DNA of 63,992 bases, the filler included, from Stramenopiles sp. TOSAG23-3 (Eukaryota), in assembly GCA_900128585.1 (NCBI GenBank). It is 17 parts of 17 records of this genome, joined end to end, with 100 filler letters (N's around TTAATTAATTAA, not from the genome) between each part and the next. Parts side by side here need not be neighbours in the genome. Positions count along the whole stretch, not along the records: positions 33,662 to 35,794 come from LT645044.1; positions 35,895 to 63,992 come from LT642252.1; 15 more parts are not named here. One strand, written 5' to 3'. A model generated the notes under the pieces. That model had not been told where the DNA came from and did not search any database. It worked only from the letters and a program-made list of their open reading frames with translations. Position 1 is the stretch's first letter, and each line of letters opens with the position of its first letter. Made by a program: the position numbers and the translations under genes. Positions 34,144 to 45,600 of the stretch are shown here, one piece after another.

Positions 34144-34495
34144 ATGACCACCAAGGATCCTTACAGAGCGTTCGAATGTTCTACCGAGAAAAATAGTATT
34201 AAAAGCAACTTGAAATCTCCTTATAGATACAAGAGATTAGATTTTGCTGTATCATCGCCTGGCCATTGTGATGAATTGCGTTGTATTGTGATCACTAAAC
34301 TATATTGAATTGCGGACAGTGTTTAAGAACGAAGTTTGTTTCTTCGTGCAATCAAGCGCAAATGTTTGCGTCGCAAGGCATCAAAATGAGATGAGAATTC
34401 AAGTTTACTTGGCGCACGGCGTAAAGGATGCCGATTATCCCTCTTCTCCCATCGCAAATTTGCATTTTTTGTATTTTTCTACTGCTATTACATAA

Positions 34496-35566
34496 AGCTA
34501 TTAACATATGCTCCACTTTTCCGTAAACAATTTTTTCTTTTAAATAAAATTGAAATATTTTGTAGTATTCCTTAAAATTGATATAATATTAAATTGTCAC
34601 AGTCCTCTACTACCAAATGGAAACCGGCGTTCGCACCAAACAGACGAAAAAAGACAGTATAGAGAATATGAACCAAGAAGCAATGGAAATATTTGTGAAA
34701 GAAGGCGCAGATGCAGCAGCTAAACACATGTTAGAAAAAGTAAACGGTAATTATAATATGTTACGTAGTGTTTATGGTTGAGTTACTAGTTATTTAATTG
34801 GTTATTACATTAATGTAAATCTGTTCTACTTATAATTCTTGTATGCTGAGCAGGACTTGGCTGCTTGTGGATATTTTTCTTTCCACACATTGTACACAAA
34901 CAAACTGTCTTTTCTTTCCCTGCTTTTTTGTCTACAACTGTTCCATAGGGACCATGTTGTGGTGGTTTCAACTCTGGGTTCAACTCATACCCCGACTCCT
35001 TGACAGTAATCAATTCTCCCATTGTTTCAAACATTTCTTGGTACTTTTCTTGTCTCCAATTATCATGGCAAAATTTATAGGGGTCTTGATTCCGTTGTTT
35101 TAACACTGCCACTGCATGCTTGCATGGAATATCCAACTCTTGCCACATGTTGCATGAACAAATGCTATGGCACAGGTTCACTTCATAATAAGTGTTTTGC
35201 GGACACAGCTAAACTTTCTGAGGAATCAAAGTGCGTGGACATGGCTTAAAGTTTTGAGTTGTCTACTGGATTGGCTACTGGCATATATATATTTATAGTG
35301 TCAAATCAACTTTCGCTACATGAGATAAATGCAATCCTGAGTGTGTTTGGTAACTGTCTTTACAATTAGTTTTGCATTTACATTTATGAAGGCATGAATG
35401 TGAAATAAGTAATAATAAATTATAATACTACTCCCACTGAAGAAAGAAGAAGAGAAATTTTTATTATCAGTTCGGATAATTAATTTTAAGGACAAAAGTT
35501 GAAATATAATACCCTATTTATAACACAAAATTGTTTACGGAAAAGTGGAGCGTCTGTCAATAGCTC
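34496..35566. mobile_element. Mutator-like (MULE) element remnant with TIRs
   Basis: ~40-bp TIRs AGCTATT.ACA...GCTCCACTTTTCCGTAAACAATTTT at 34496 and (rc) 35527-35565 enclose a SWIM transposase fragment. Confidence 0.75.
34810..35181 (-). pseudogene. MuDR/Mutator transposase SWIM zinc-finger fragment
   Basis: CSCNMWQELDIPCKHAVAV (CxCxnCxH) plus a degenerate C-terminal zinc knuckle CTMCGKKNIH. No DDE domain. Confidence 0.8.
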
Positions 35567-35907
35567 ACTATTGTATTATTATATTTTAAAATTATTATAC
35601 CTGTACAGCGTACAAATATTAATACTAAATAATCCAACTCCGATTTGTTTTTACTCTGTCGGACAACACAAACAATAAGAGCTAATAGCAGGGAAAATAG
35701 TCCAAGCGCTAAATGTGATCATAATGATGAGTTTTTTTCAAGTCGTATACATAAACCTGCGTAAATGTATTTTCTGAAGATCCAAGTCTACTAANNNNNN
35801 NNNNNNNNNNNNNNNNNNNNNNNNNNNNNNNNNNNNNNTTAATTAATTAANNNNNNNNNNNNNNNNNNNNNNNNNNNNNNNNNNNNNNNNNNNNTATATA
35901 TATATAG

Positions 35908-35958
35908 TAAAATTGGCTGTTATATTTTAAAAAAACAAATTATATGGCTGTTATATTT
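35908..35958 (-). mobile_element. Family A end interrupted by a 17-nt family C micro-insertion (14-bp TSD)
   Basis: TGGCTGTTATATTT at 35914-35927 and 35945-35958 flanks TAAAAAAACAAATTATA. Confidence 0.65.
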
Positions 35959-36108
35959 ATAACATATTGATTGCAGTTGGCGCGCGGCGTAAGTCAAAAA
36001 ATTAAATTGTTTTTAATCACTTGTGCCGATACGCGCTTGTACGAATATAATTTAGGTCACCTTCCCGGTGCTTCCTTTTCTCTGTACCGCCTCTCCCGAA
36101 ATATTTTT

Positions 36109-37248
36109 CTAACTTTCATTTAATGTCACAGCTTGAACGTGGAGTTGAACGAGAGAGTTGACGGTTTGGATGCCGTTAGGACTGTACAGTAGGCTCCCCG
36201 TTGCAAGGCTGTCGACGCACCCTAAATCAAAAATGCTATGAGAAACGCAAACGTTACCGTCGGAAAAGGCCACCCATTCCATATCTCCTGCTGCTAACGC
36301 AAGAAACTTCCAACCACCTTGCCGTACCCCCAATTCCGACCGTGCAGCATCGTCAGCAAACGCTTTGGACGTGGCGCGTGCGATAGAATCCGCTTGGGAC
36401 TGGTCCATGCCATGTTCTTTTCCGAAAGAGAACTTCCCGTCTCTTAGCGAACACTTGAACATGGAACATCGAAATTTTTCTTCAGGCTCTTGAACATTGG
36501 CTTCTGGTGCAGGCGCTGTCCCAGTGGTATTTGTGGCCGTCATCAAACCCTTTAGTTTTTGTTTCATGTAAGTTGCCTTTTTCTGAAGCATGGACGAGAG
36601 CGTTTCCGGCTTTGATTGCGTGTCCCCGTTTGATGCGCCAGGATTAGAAAATGTATGCACACAAATGAGAAATGGTTCTTGAAATTGTCGACGGGCGTGA
36701 TCCTTCTGTAAGGGGTTTTTTGAATTCTCCCACAAGCAAGTCAAAAATTTTCCCATGCAGCACTGCACCGTCTCGTCAAAGGCCTGGGCGATTAACGGGA
36801 GAAAGTTGGCCTTCCTGCCCGCTGTTTTATCGAACGAAAAATTCGTTGACGACACCCTATCACACAACGATTTTACAAAAGCTTCCCCGCCCTCAACATG
36901 AATGCCCCTGAACAATATTGCCGTTATAGTGTACTGCTGTACGCGTTTGATAAAAATGTGAGTACTGTTGACTTCAAAAGACAGCAAGGCAGAAGAGCCA
37001 TCGTTGGCGCTTTGAGACGGTTTCCTAGCTACGCTTGTTGCGAAATTTTCCAAAGCAAAGAGCAGGGCGCCCAAATTCATCGCACTCATGGAAGTCCGCG
37101 ACTGTTTACAAAACGATGGTAAGCCGAATTTAGAGGTACATTTGTGGTGCCATACCAGTGATCCACTAAGCGTTTCCGTGACAATTACACCGTGAAGAAA
37201 GTTCTCCCTATAACTCCCAGAGCCTTTCTGACGACCTGGGTCGTCCAT
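36109..37248 (-). CDS. Hypothetical protein with possible N-terminal longin-like domain
   Basis: First ATG at 37248. LHGVIVTETLSGSLVW...LGALLFALENFA...SFEVNSTHIFIK has longin-like periodicity (inference). Confidence 0.6.
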   Translation of the reverse strand: MDDPGRQKGSGSYRENFLHGVIVTETLSGSLVWHHKCTSKFGLPSFCKQSRTSMSAMNLGALLFALENFATSVARKPSQSANDGSSALLSFEVNSTHIFIKRVQQYTITAILFRGIHVEGGEAFVKSLCDRVSSTNFSFDKTAGRKANFLPLIAQAFDETVQCCMGKFLTCLWENSKNPLQKDHARRQFQEPFLICVHTFSNPGASNGDTQSKPETLSSMLQKKATYMKQKLKGLMTATNTTGTAPAPEANVQEPEEKFRCSMFKCSLRDGKFSFGKEHGMDQSQADSIARATSKAFADDAARSELGVRQGGWKFLALAAGDMEWVAFSDGNVCVSHSIFDLGCVDSLATGSLLYSPNGIQTVNSLVQLHVQAVTLNES

Positions 37249-38323
37249 CTCTCGACGACCACTTGTCACCGACCAACAATACCTTCTTGTTCCTCGCGAA
37301 CAAAAAGAAACTGTCAAAACCAATCAATACAGGTACCGGTATATTCTATTCCTAATTCCTTCAAAAGAGCGGAATAGATAGGGGGTTACAAATCAAATTC
37401 GTATTTCTTCGTCTCTTTATAAGCGAATGTGAAGTTTACCGATCTCTTCTCAATTTTTTGTTTTTTTTTTTGAAAATAATTATTTATTATTATACACTGG
37501 TACACACAACATAAGAAAGATAGAAGAAGAAAGAAGAAGAAAGAAAGAAAAGAAGAAAAGGAAGAAGAAGAAGATAAAAGAATAAAATAAAAAAGAAGAA
37601 GAAGAGAAGAAGTATATCTTAAAATAATAATAATATTCAACCAACTATTATTTTATTTTTTTAAATGTGTAACTGTTCATGCTATTCCCTTGTGTCATAG
37701 AAGGAAGAAGAAGAAGAAGATGATTTTTTTTTTAAATTAGACCTACCCCTGCTACTACTATACTAGACTATAAAGATAAATAAAATAGGACTACGAACTA
37801 CGAACTACGAACTACGACGAAGTAATTTTTATTAAATTGTTGAATCAATCTATTAAAATAATACTTTATGCTGTGTCTATATAATAATAATAAGATTAAA
37901 TTATATTTGTCATCACTCCAATCCACCCTTCTTCTTCTTCTTTTTTCTTTCTTCTTCTTCGCATATTTATTAGTATAATAAAATTATAAAAAATCTTCTA
38001 CATTCTACATCTTCTTTCTTCTATTCTTCTTCTTCGCCCCTCGCCCCCCACACTAATTAACTACTATTATTAATACTACAGCTTATATAATAAAAATATT
38101 TTAAAAAATAGAGGAGTTGTAGTATCTTACCTGGTACCAAAAGTAGTATAAAAAATACCAAGGTATTTTTGTACATATTGTATAAACAATATGAACAGCA
38201 AAAAGAAGAAGACTTTATATTTTCTTAGGATTGAATTTATGATTGTGACGAACATAGTGTTTTACGTTTCATCACACGTAAATATTCAGAACAAGTGTGT
38301 GAAGTGCCCCACGGAAGACGACG

Positions 38324-39196
38324 ATGGTATTTTTTATCTGCGACGCTTGCCAGGAAACGCTGAAGAAAAGTGCGGTCGACAAGCATTGCCTTCGGTGCAG
38401 GGACTGTTGGTACCTGTCGTGCGTAGACTGCAGTAAAGTGTTTGCGGGAGAAGAGTTCCGCAAGCATACTAGCTGTGTGTCTGAGGAGGAAAAGTACCAA
38501 GGTTCTCTGTACCGTCCGTCGAAGAAAGGAAAGAAAGCCGACCCTGCCGCGCATTGGAGGTATGCAACTTCGATGGTATCGAAGAACTCGGGCGTTGACC
38601 AGGCCGTTAGAAACGTCTGCAAGGCCCTGCTGGACTCGGATAATTTCCCAAGAAAGGAAAAGAAGTTTTGCAATTTTTTAAAGAATAGTGGCAGTAGATT
38701 ACGCATGTCGCTCAGGCTACAACCGAGCGCGGTCTGGAAAGCTATCTCTGAAGAAGCGACACGTCTGAAGGACGCTGCGGAAAAGGAAAAGAAGGCAAAG
38801 GAGGGAGGCAACAATGAAGAAGAGAGTAAAGGAGAGAAGAAAGATTCTGAGGCATCAAAGATCAAAACGCCGAAGCGCGAAGAGAACTCCTTGAAGCGAA
38901 AGAGAGACGACAGTCCCAAAGAGAGCGAAGAGTGGACATCGTGGAAATCTGTGATCCGGGGCGCCATTCGCAAACATACTAAAAAGAAGTCGAAACCGAT
39001 GGTAGACTACGCTACCATTTCATCGGAGGTCATGAAGACGTACCGTGCCTGCTTTTCTAAAGAAATGCCGGGAAAAGAATGGAACCAGACGTTTCTTAGT
39101 AAATGCACCAAAGACAAGAAAGTGAACGTTGTTTGTGAAACGAACGATTCTTCAAATTGTACTTTCTTGTCCCTTCAAAAAAAGAAAGAAAAGTAA
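38324..39196 (+). CDS. LYAR: LYAR-type C2HC zinc-finger nucleolar protein
   Basis: MVFFICDACQETLKKSAVDKH...LSCVDCSKVF...HTSCVSEEEKYQG and NFPRKEKKFCNFLKNS. Confidence 0.92.
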   Translation: MVFFICDACQETLKKSAVDKHCLRCRDCWYLSCVDCSKVFAGEEFRKHTSCVSEEEKYQGSLYRPSKKGKKADPAAHWRYATSMVSKNSGVDQAVRNVCKALLDSDNFPRKEKKFCNFLKNSGSRLRMSLRLQPSAVWKAISEEATRLKDAAEKEKKAKEGGNNEEESKGEKKDSEASKIKTPKREENSLKRKRDDSPKESEEWTSWKSVIRGAIRKHTKKKSKPMVDYATISSEVMKTYRACFSKEMPGKEWNQTFLSKCTKDKKVNVVCETNDSSNCTFLSLQKKKEK

Positions 39197-39528
39197 AAAC
39201 CTTCTTCCATATATATATGGGGTGCCGGTACTGGCATATAATACTTGTTCTCTTTTAGTGCATGATTCTTTATTTGTGGGTTATATAAATAAAGAAAATG
39301 TGACCAAAAAATATTTTTTTTAAATAATAATTGTGTTTTTTACCTATTTTTTATTTGTTACCAAGGTATTACAGTACTGTACTTAATCAAATTTTTATAT
39401 TTTTTTCTGGTCGTTTGTATTTATTTTGATACTTATAATACTAAATTATTTACCTATCAAAAAAATTGGATGGTTCTGAATCCATTGAGGAAGAAAAGAA
39501 AAAGAAAAAGAAAAAGAAAAAGAAACGA

Positions 39529-39608
<80 letters not shown>

Positions 39609-39610
39609 AA
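39529..39610. repeat. (GAAA)n microsatellite preceded by (GAAAA/GAAAAA)n
   Basis: About 20 tandem GAAA units. Confidence 0.92.
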
Positions 39611-40006
39611 AAAAGAAAGAAGAAAAAATGATGATTTTATAATAATAATAATAGGAATTTCATATTTCCCAGTGTTATTTACCTGTTACTATTCCAATTA
39701 TCCACAATCCTCCCTCCTCTGCTCTCCTCTTCACAGCACAGACAAATGTATAATTTATTTTAACCACAAAAAAAAAAATTAGTAGTAGCTCGTTAATAAA
39801 AATGTACTATATATTATAAAAGTTTCCTTTCAGTCAATGTCAGATGTATCCAAAAGAGTTCAAAAAGGAAAGGTTGTGAAGCATACTTGGTCTATCTTTC
39901 TTATCTCAGGCACCTTGACAAATCAACAGTTTGAAACCTTTTCTCTACCTGCCGTTAGGATTGGCTAGCTGGACCCTGAATTTTCGTTTGGAAGAAGTAC
40001 ACTGAT

Positions 40007-42139
40007 ATGGCAAATTTTGCAGCAGAAGGAGCGGCGCGTCCGCTCCTCCCTTTGTACCATCTTGTTTCGTTAGACACTTACTCGTCCTTTGAGGATCCAA
40101 AAGACTATGTGCCTCCCACGCATGATAAAGACGGCTTTATCCATTTAACTGAAGACACAAAGGACTTGTTGGACGTCGCTAACCAGTTCTATAAAGGAGT
40201 TCCTGGAGAGTTTCTTTTGCTCGAGTTGGACCCACAGCGTCTTATTGGGAACGTCGTTTTTGAACCAGCAGCCCCCGTTGGAAACACGTCCCCGTCCTCA
40301 TCTCAACAGGAGAAACTGTTCCCTCATTTGTACGGGAAAATATGCAAAGAGTCGATCATATCGAAAATTAAAGTATTGCGCAACTCAGCCTCCGGGGAAT
40401 TTTTGGAAATATCGTACCCAGTGCTTTCGCTTCTGGGCGGCCGAGTGCTGCTTGGAACCAACGCTGGCGCCAACGACTTGTTGACCGTAAAAAAGCACAA
40501 CATTTCTGCGTTTGTCTGCGTCGCTCCAGAGGGTGCTTCGGTGTTATCTAGTCTGGAATTTGGGGAAAGAATGTCTGCCAACGTTTCACCGGACAATATG
40601 TACATTGAGGAAATCCTTTCGTTCATGGAGAACGCAGACGAAAAGAAGGTTAATGTGCTCGTTTATTCGGCCTTTGGGCGTGAACGGTGCGTGGCGATTG
40701 CAGTGGCGTATTTGATGTACAAGTCGAAGATGACCTTTAAGGATGCGTTGCAACTGATAAGCACTCAGTGGCCCAGAGCGAAACTTGGCAGCGCCATCGA
40801 AGAAACTCTCGTCAAACTCGAAAATACGGATTCCCCGATGCAGCCCGGCGAGAACGAACCGAGCGCGGAAGTGCTGACTGCGAACGACGTGCAGTCGGTG
40901 GTCTACCTGAATGAGAATGCCAACTTGGAGAGCGACGAGGATGATGCAGACGAATCGAACGGTACAGACGACGTAGATAACCTGAAGACCATTGATGAAT
41001 CGGCCGAAGATGCGAAGGGGGTGGTCGATATGTCTTCAAGCAAATTTACGTTTCACGGGGAATCAGTTTACGCGATAGCTGCTGCGTTCAAAAGTGCAAA
41101 CGCCGGGGAGCAGGAGGCGGGAAGCGCCGCTTCCAGCGGGCGAGAGCTAATATTGCTTAGTGGAGGCGGCGATGATGTTGGGTATGTTTGGAAACCAGAC
41201 TTGGAGGCCTTGGCGGTGGACACAGTGCCCATGGAACTCAAAGGACACACTGACTCTGTAGCGTCCGTGTCGCTGAGCTGCGACGGAGGGCTGGCGGCGA
41301 CGGGATCGTTGGATGGGACGGTCATGATATGGGACACCAACAAAGGGACCATGTCGGCCAAATTAGAGGGTCCTGGAGAAGACATTGAATGGATAAACTG
41401 GCACCCCAAAGGAGCTGTTGTTTTGGCAGGGTCGACCGATTCGACGGTTTGGATGTGGACTGCGACAGGGCGATGCATGCAAGTGTTCTCAGGACACGAA
41501 GATGCCGTAACTTGTGGTCAATTTTTGCCAAACGGGAAAGGAGTTGTCACTGGCTGTGGCGATGGCAGTGCAAAAATATGGGCTCCGAAATCGGGAAAAT
41601 GCAGGCACACGTTTGACAGCAAAAAGGGTGGCCAATGGCATACTCGAGGCAGTGCTATCGTTCAACTGGCTGTTAGCAACGCGAGTGACCTGCTCCTTAC
41701 TGGTAGCATTGATGGCACTGCACGGCTAGCGCACATTCAAAACAAAAAAATTTTAGGTACGCTCCCGCATCGACGGGAAGGGTCTTTGCTCGGGCATACT
41801 GTGGAAGCAGTAGATTTTTCTACAATTTTGCCCTGGTGTGTCACTGGGGGCTCTGCTGGGCTGGTTAAGGTTTGGGATTTGTCCACGCTTGCAACCCGCC
41901 ATGAGTTCAAACACGATGCTGGCGTCATTAAAGCAAAATTTGTGGACAGTCATGCTCAGATTGTTGTTACCTGTTCCGTCGATCAAAGTATACGAATATG
42001 GGATGCACGAACGGGAAATGCAGTTCGGAAACTGACCGGGCACACCGACATAGTGCTAGATTTTGCGGTTGCAGATAAATCAATTGTATCTTGTGGTGAT
42101 GATGGGGTAGTACGTTTGTTTAAAAACTGTTTGGCATAA
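40007..42139 (+). CDS. Fusion: DUF952 + inactive DSP domain + AAMP/SQT1-like WD40 propeller
   Basis: DGFIHLT...ANQFY...FPHLYG (DUF952); VLVYSAFGRER...AYLM (DSP, Cys lost); SGGGDD, GHTDSV, IEWINWHPKGAVVLAGSTDSTVWMW (AAMP/Sqt1). One uninterrupted 710-aa ORF. Confidence 0.88.
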   Translation: MANFAAEGAARPLLPLYHLVSLDTYSSFEDPKDYVPPTHDKDGFIHLTEDTKDLLDVANQFYKGVPGEFLLLELDPQRLIGNVVFEPAAPVGNTSPSSSQQEKLFPHLYGKICKESIISKIKVLRNSASGEFLEISYPVLSLLGGRVLLGTNAGANDLLTVKKHNISAFVCVAPEGASVLSSLEFGERMSANVSPDNMYIEEILSFMENADEKKVNVLVYSAFGRERCVAIAVAYLMYKSKMTFKDALQLISTQWPRAKLGSAIEETLVKLENTDSPMQPGENEPSAEVLTANDVQSVVYLNENANLESDEDDADESNGTDDVDNLKTIDESAEDAKGVVDMSSSKFTFHGESVYAIAAAFKSANAGEQEAGSAASSGRELILLSGGGDDVGYVWKPDLEALAVDTVPMELKGHTDSVASVSLSCDGGLAATGSLDGTVMIWDTNKGTMSAKLEGPGEDIEWINWHPKGAVVLAGSTDSTVWMWTATGRCMQVFSGHEDAVTCGQFLPNGKGVVTGCGDGSAKIWAPKSGKCRHTFDSKKGGQWHTRGSAIVQLAVSNASDLLLTGSIDGTARLAHIQNKKILGTLPHRREGSLLGHTVEAVDFSTILPWCVTGGSAGLVKVWDLSTLATRHEFKHDAGVIKAKFVDSHAQIVVTCSVDQSIRIWDARTGNAVRKLTGHTDIVLDFAVADKSIVSCGDDGVVRLFKNCLA

Positions 42140-42230
42140 ACGAAATGGAGATCCTGGGGGGGAGGGGATTAAATAATTTTTTTATGGTAAAATTAAACGT
42201 ATACATTACATTCATCTCCATTATTTTATT

Positions 42231-42254
42231 ATAACAGCCAATTTTCTTGTTTTT
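42231..42254 (+). mobile_element. Family A 3'-end micro-copy
   Basis: ATAACAGCCAATTTTCTTGTTTTT in a convergent spacer; no clear TSD. Confidence 0.6.
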
Positions 42255-42689
42255 AAGTGCCTAAAATTGCAGACAATAAATTTTGTTGTTGCGAAGTACC
42301 ACGTAACCAGTAAACAGCGGCTCGCTACACCAATCTAAATTAAAAAAAGAGAAAACAGAGAGAGGCTTTCGTCGCATGCTTCTCTTCCTCTGCTGCATCG
42401 TATAGGTCTTGGGCTTTTTGTGTAATCGCACATGGCCATGGATCTTCAGATTTGCAGCAGCAGCAGCGCACACCACGGTCGCCAATGACGCGCCAACTTT
42501 TTCTTGTTACCGTGATGTGCAGAAGATGAATTAGCCCATACATATTACTCTCTGCTGGCTATATCTAAAAATATTTTTAAAAAACTAATTATATATCATA
42601 GTATGTTCTTAAAATATTAATATTATAGTCCAGTTGTTTTTTAATTTTAAAAAAATAAAAATCTCTGTCTATGCATACTTACTCTCAAC

Positions 42690-45600
42690 TCATTTTTCTT
42701 CGTTTTTTTCCCCTGATAGTATCACATTGTTGAAGTGTTCAATGTTTGCATTTATGTTCCGCAGCAAATCTCCACAATGGTTGAAGGCATTTGCAAAAAT
42801 TTTCCACCCTGGCTTCAAATGCGTCTTTATGCACTCCAGGTGATACTGTGCGGCTTCGTGAAGAGTATCAACTTTCCTGTTCAGTGGAAGGGCGGGCGCG
42901 AACAATGTCCCTTTCGAGATTTCCTCCGAATCTTCGCACGACAACTGAAAGAGTAGGAACTCTTCTATGATACGATTTGACCAAGAAACTGCGACAACGG
43001 TTGGCATTGCGTACATGCTTGAATCAGACATGTGCAATATAGCGTCCATTTTGAGCTGTTTGTTGTCCGGTGCCTCAAGATTTTGGCACAGTTGTAAGTC
43101 TCTAATCAAGTCAAAGTGGCAGGACGAATCCGTATGAATTATAGCACTGATAATTTCCTTCCGGGAAAGTCTCCGGTCCGCCGCATTCATTGTACCGAAC
43201 ACGTCAGCTTTTGTATCGAGCATAATCTGAAACAGCACGGAAGCGTGCAGGTTTTCATAAATGTGAGTGTCGTTGTACCGTAAAGCAAGGCTTGATTGTC
43301 TGTCTATCTCTATTTCATTGCTTTTCCCAGGGTGCGACACATCTACTGCTATTGCTGCAACCAGATGGCTCAAGAGTTCACGGGAAGAATATCTGCTTCG
43401 GCCGTGCTCCATAAAACGAGTAATAATGTTGTAGACGACCCTCATTACGAAGAAACCGTGCTTGAAATTATGGTATGCGTTTTCGTAATGCGACCTCCGG
43501 ATTTGGACGAAAAATTTACGAATTCTGGACAACGGAATGTTATATTCGATATAAAATGGCAAGGACTTGAACAACATCACCCCACTGGACTCCAAATCGT
43601 CATTGTTCATTTCAAGCTCGCAAAAATTCCACGTACGCAATTGTGAAGCCAAATATTTCATTTCAGGCTTTCCCGATGGCCTCCCATCCGCTCCTTCAAT
43701 TTTTTTTCGTCGAAACCTTTGCAGCTGCAGCAAGAGTTTTCCAAGCACCCTGACGCAGAGAAAGAAGACCCTCAGCTTTTTCTTCCACGCGTTGTTTTGC
43801 AAACCACTTTGATTTGATTGAACCAAGGCTTCCATGGAGACTACTTCGGCCGTTTGAATACTTTCCGCAAAATACTCCCGCAGTCTATCTAATTCTGTCT
43901 CGTGGAGAATCCTTTGATTTCGTAACTCGCCCAGGATTTCTTTGCGGTAAGAGGGCAATTTTGCTTCAATCGCTTCGCAGCTTTCGTGGCTAAACATTAA
44001 ATATTTGGACGGTAAATGCAGGTAATTTTCAAAAACACGTCCAAGCTTACTTGCGACGGTTGTAAGGAGTTCTCCATCGATGTCATCAAATGGCAAAGGG
44101 GCAGACTGCTCGGGGAGGTCCTCGTCATCGCACTTGTTCACACAAAGCACAACCCCTAGTATCATGCTGCTCAGCGGGTGCAAAATTGGAGCGCACAGGA
44201 CTGAGTGCACTTTCTCTTTCAGGGTGTTTTCCAAAGGATTAAATATCCAGCTATCAGATGTGTCAAGGTCAGAGCTTTTTGACTCCCGAGGGTCTTTTTT
44301 TGATGCGATAATAACCCTGCGATGACGCCGAACGTGACGAACTACATTGTACGCTCCATTTTCCCAAGCACTTCCATTTCGGACTTGGTCCAGAAACCTG
44401 TCTCCCCTTCGAACGCATATAGTAGAATGGGAGTCGCTATCGGTCGTGTGGACTATTTCTACGTATCGACAACTTCCCATTCCTTTGTGAATAAGGTAAT
44501 TTATTTGGGACAGAACTCTGGGGAAATCGACCTGCTTCAAAAGGTCGGAGCAATCTTCGCGGATTAGCGCGTCGACTTCATTTAAAATTTGCATTCGCTT
44601 GCTGATTCGCATAGTGTGGGTTTCTAAACTGGACACGATTTTCAGTGCTGTGCCGGCGGTAGAAGCAGCGCGAGTCAAGTAAGACAAGTCATCGGCCATG
44701 AACGCTTCCGAGCCAAACTTGTTCAGTGCAATTATGACGCCGACCACGGCTTTGTTCCGGCGGATTGGTGCGGCCACCAAGGATCGAATGTGTCTCATGT
44801 TGATTGCAGACTTTCGCGTCACGCTAATTCCAGCACTAATTTGAGACAAAAAATTTCGCCATTTCTCTGGTTGGGCTACGTCAACACAGACCAACTCTTT
44901 GAATTTCTGGGATGCCGTGTACTTGGCGACAGATTCTAGAAAGGAATAAGATTCCGGGGATTGGTTCAAAGCGTGCAGCGTTGCAGACGAAAATAGGTAC
45001 TCTGAAGAGCATATGTACTGCAGATGGTCCAGGCAACGTTTGTCAAATGTTGCAGTTGAAATTTTAAGCATTTCAAATATGGGAGAGAGCAGGCCACCGC
45101 TTGCCGCTCCCAAATGACTCGCGTACAACTTAATTCGCTGAATTGCGTCCACGGCGTCTAAAGCATTGCCTCGACAAAGTGCAAAGAAATCCTCCGTTTC
45201 CGCTTTCGAAATTTTTAATCCTTTTGGGACGCAACGATTTTCCTGTGTCGAAACCTGAAAGTATACAGCGGCGCAACAATTTAGGCGGTTTATGGTAGCG
45301 CTAACCAGCTGAGACGCAAAAGAGTACAAGTTTTGCTGTTCGAGAAATGGGCTCTCCGTTGCAATGTTCAAGATGCTTTGCGCGACTGTTTCATTGCGTA
45401 ACAGGGACGCCTTCCGTTCTTCATCGTGTAGGATTCTAGATATGGCCGTAGAGCATGCGATTGCGTATTTTTTGTCGATTTCAGTAATGTAGTGCTTTTC
45501 TCCGTCCGCCGTCCTACTTTGCCCGATCAAAGAAATGCACCCAAACAGTCCGGTATCGTCGGCCCGCTCAGACTGAACCACCGGGCACACGCATATTGGC

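Noticed and set aside
2159-35894. Regularly spaced TTAATTAATTAA palindromes and ~2.2-kb periodicity (could suggest nanochromosomes or an array)
   Set aside because: Always embedded in N44 pads, and contig lengths are size-sorted, so this is a concatenation linker. Gene neighbourhoods across linkers are meaningless.
42340-42543. GC-richer 67-aa ORF with CCCC in a convergent spacer (similar island at ~7890-8005)
   Set aside because: No recognisable motif; may be a gene scrap but cannot be supported.
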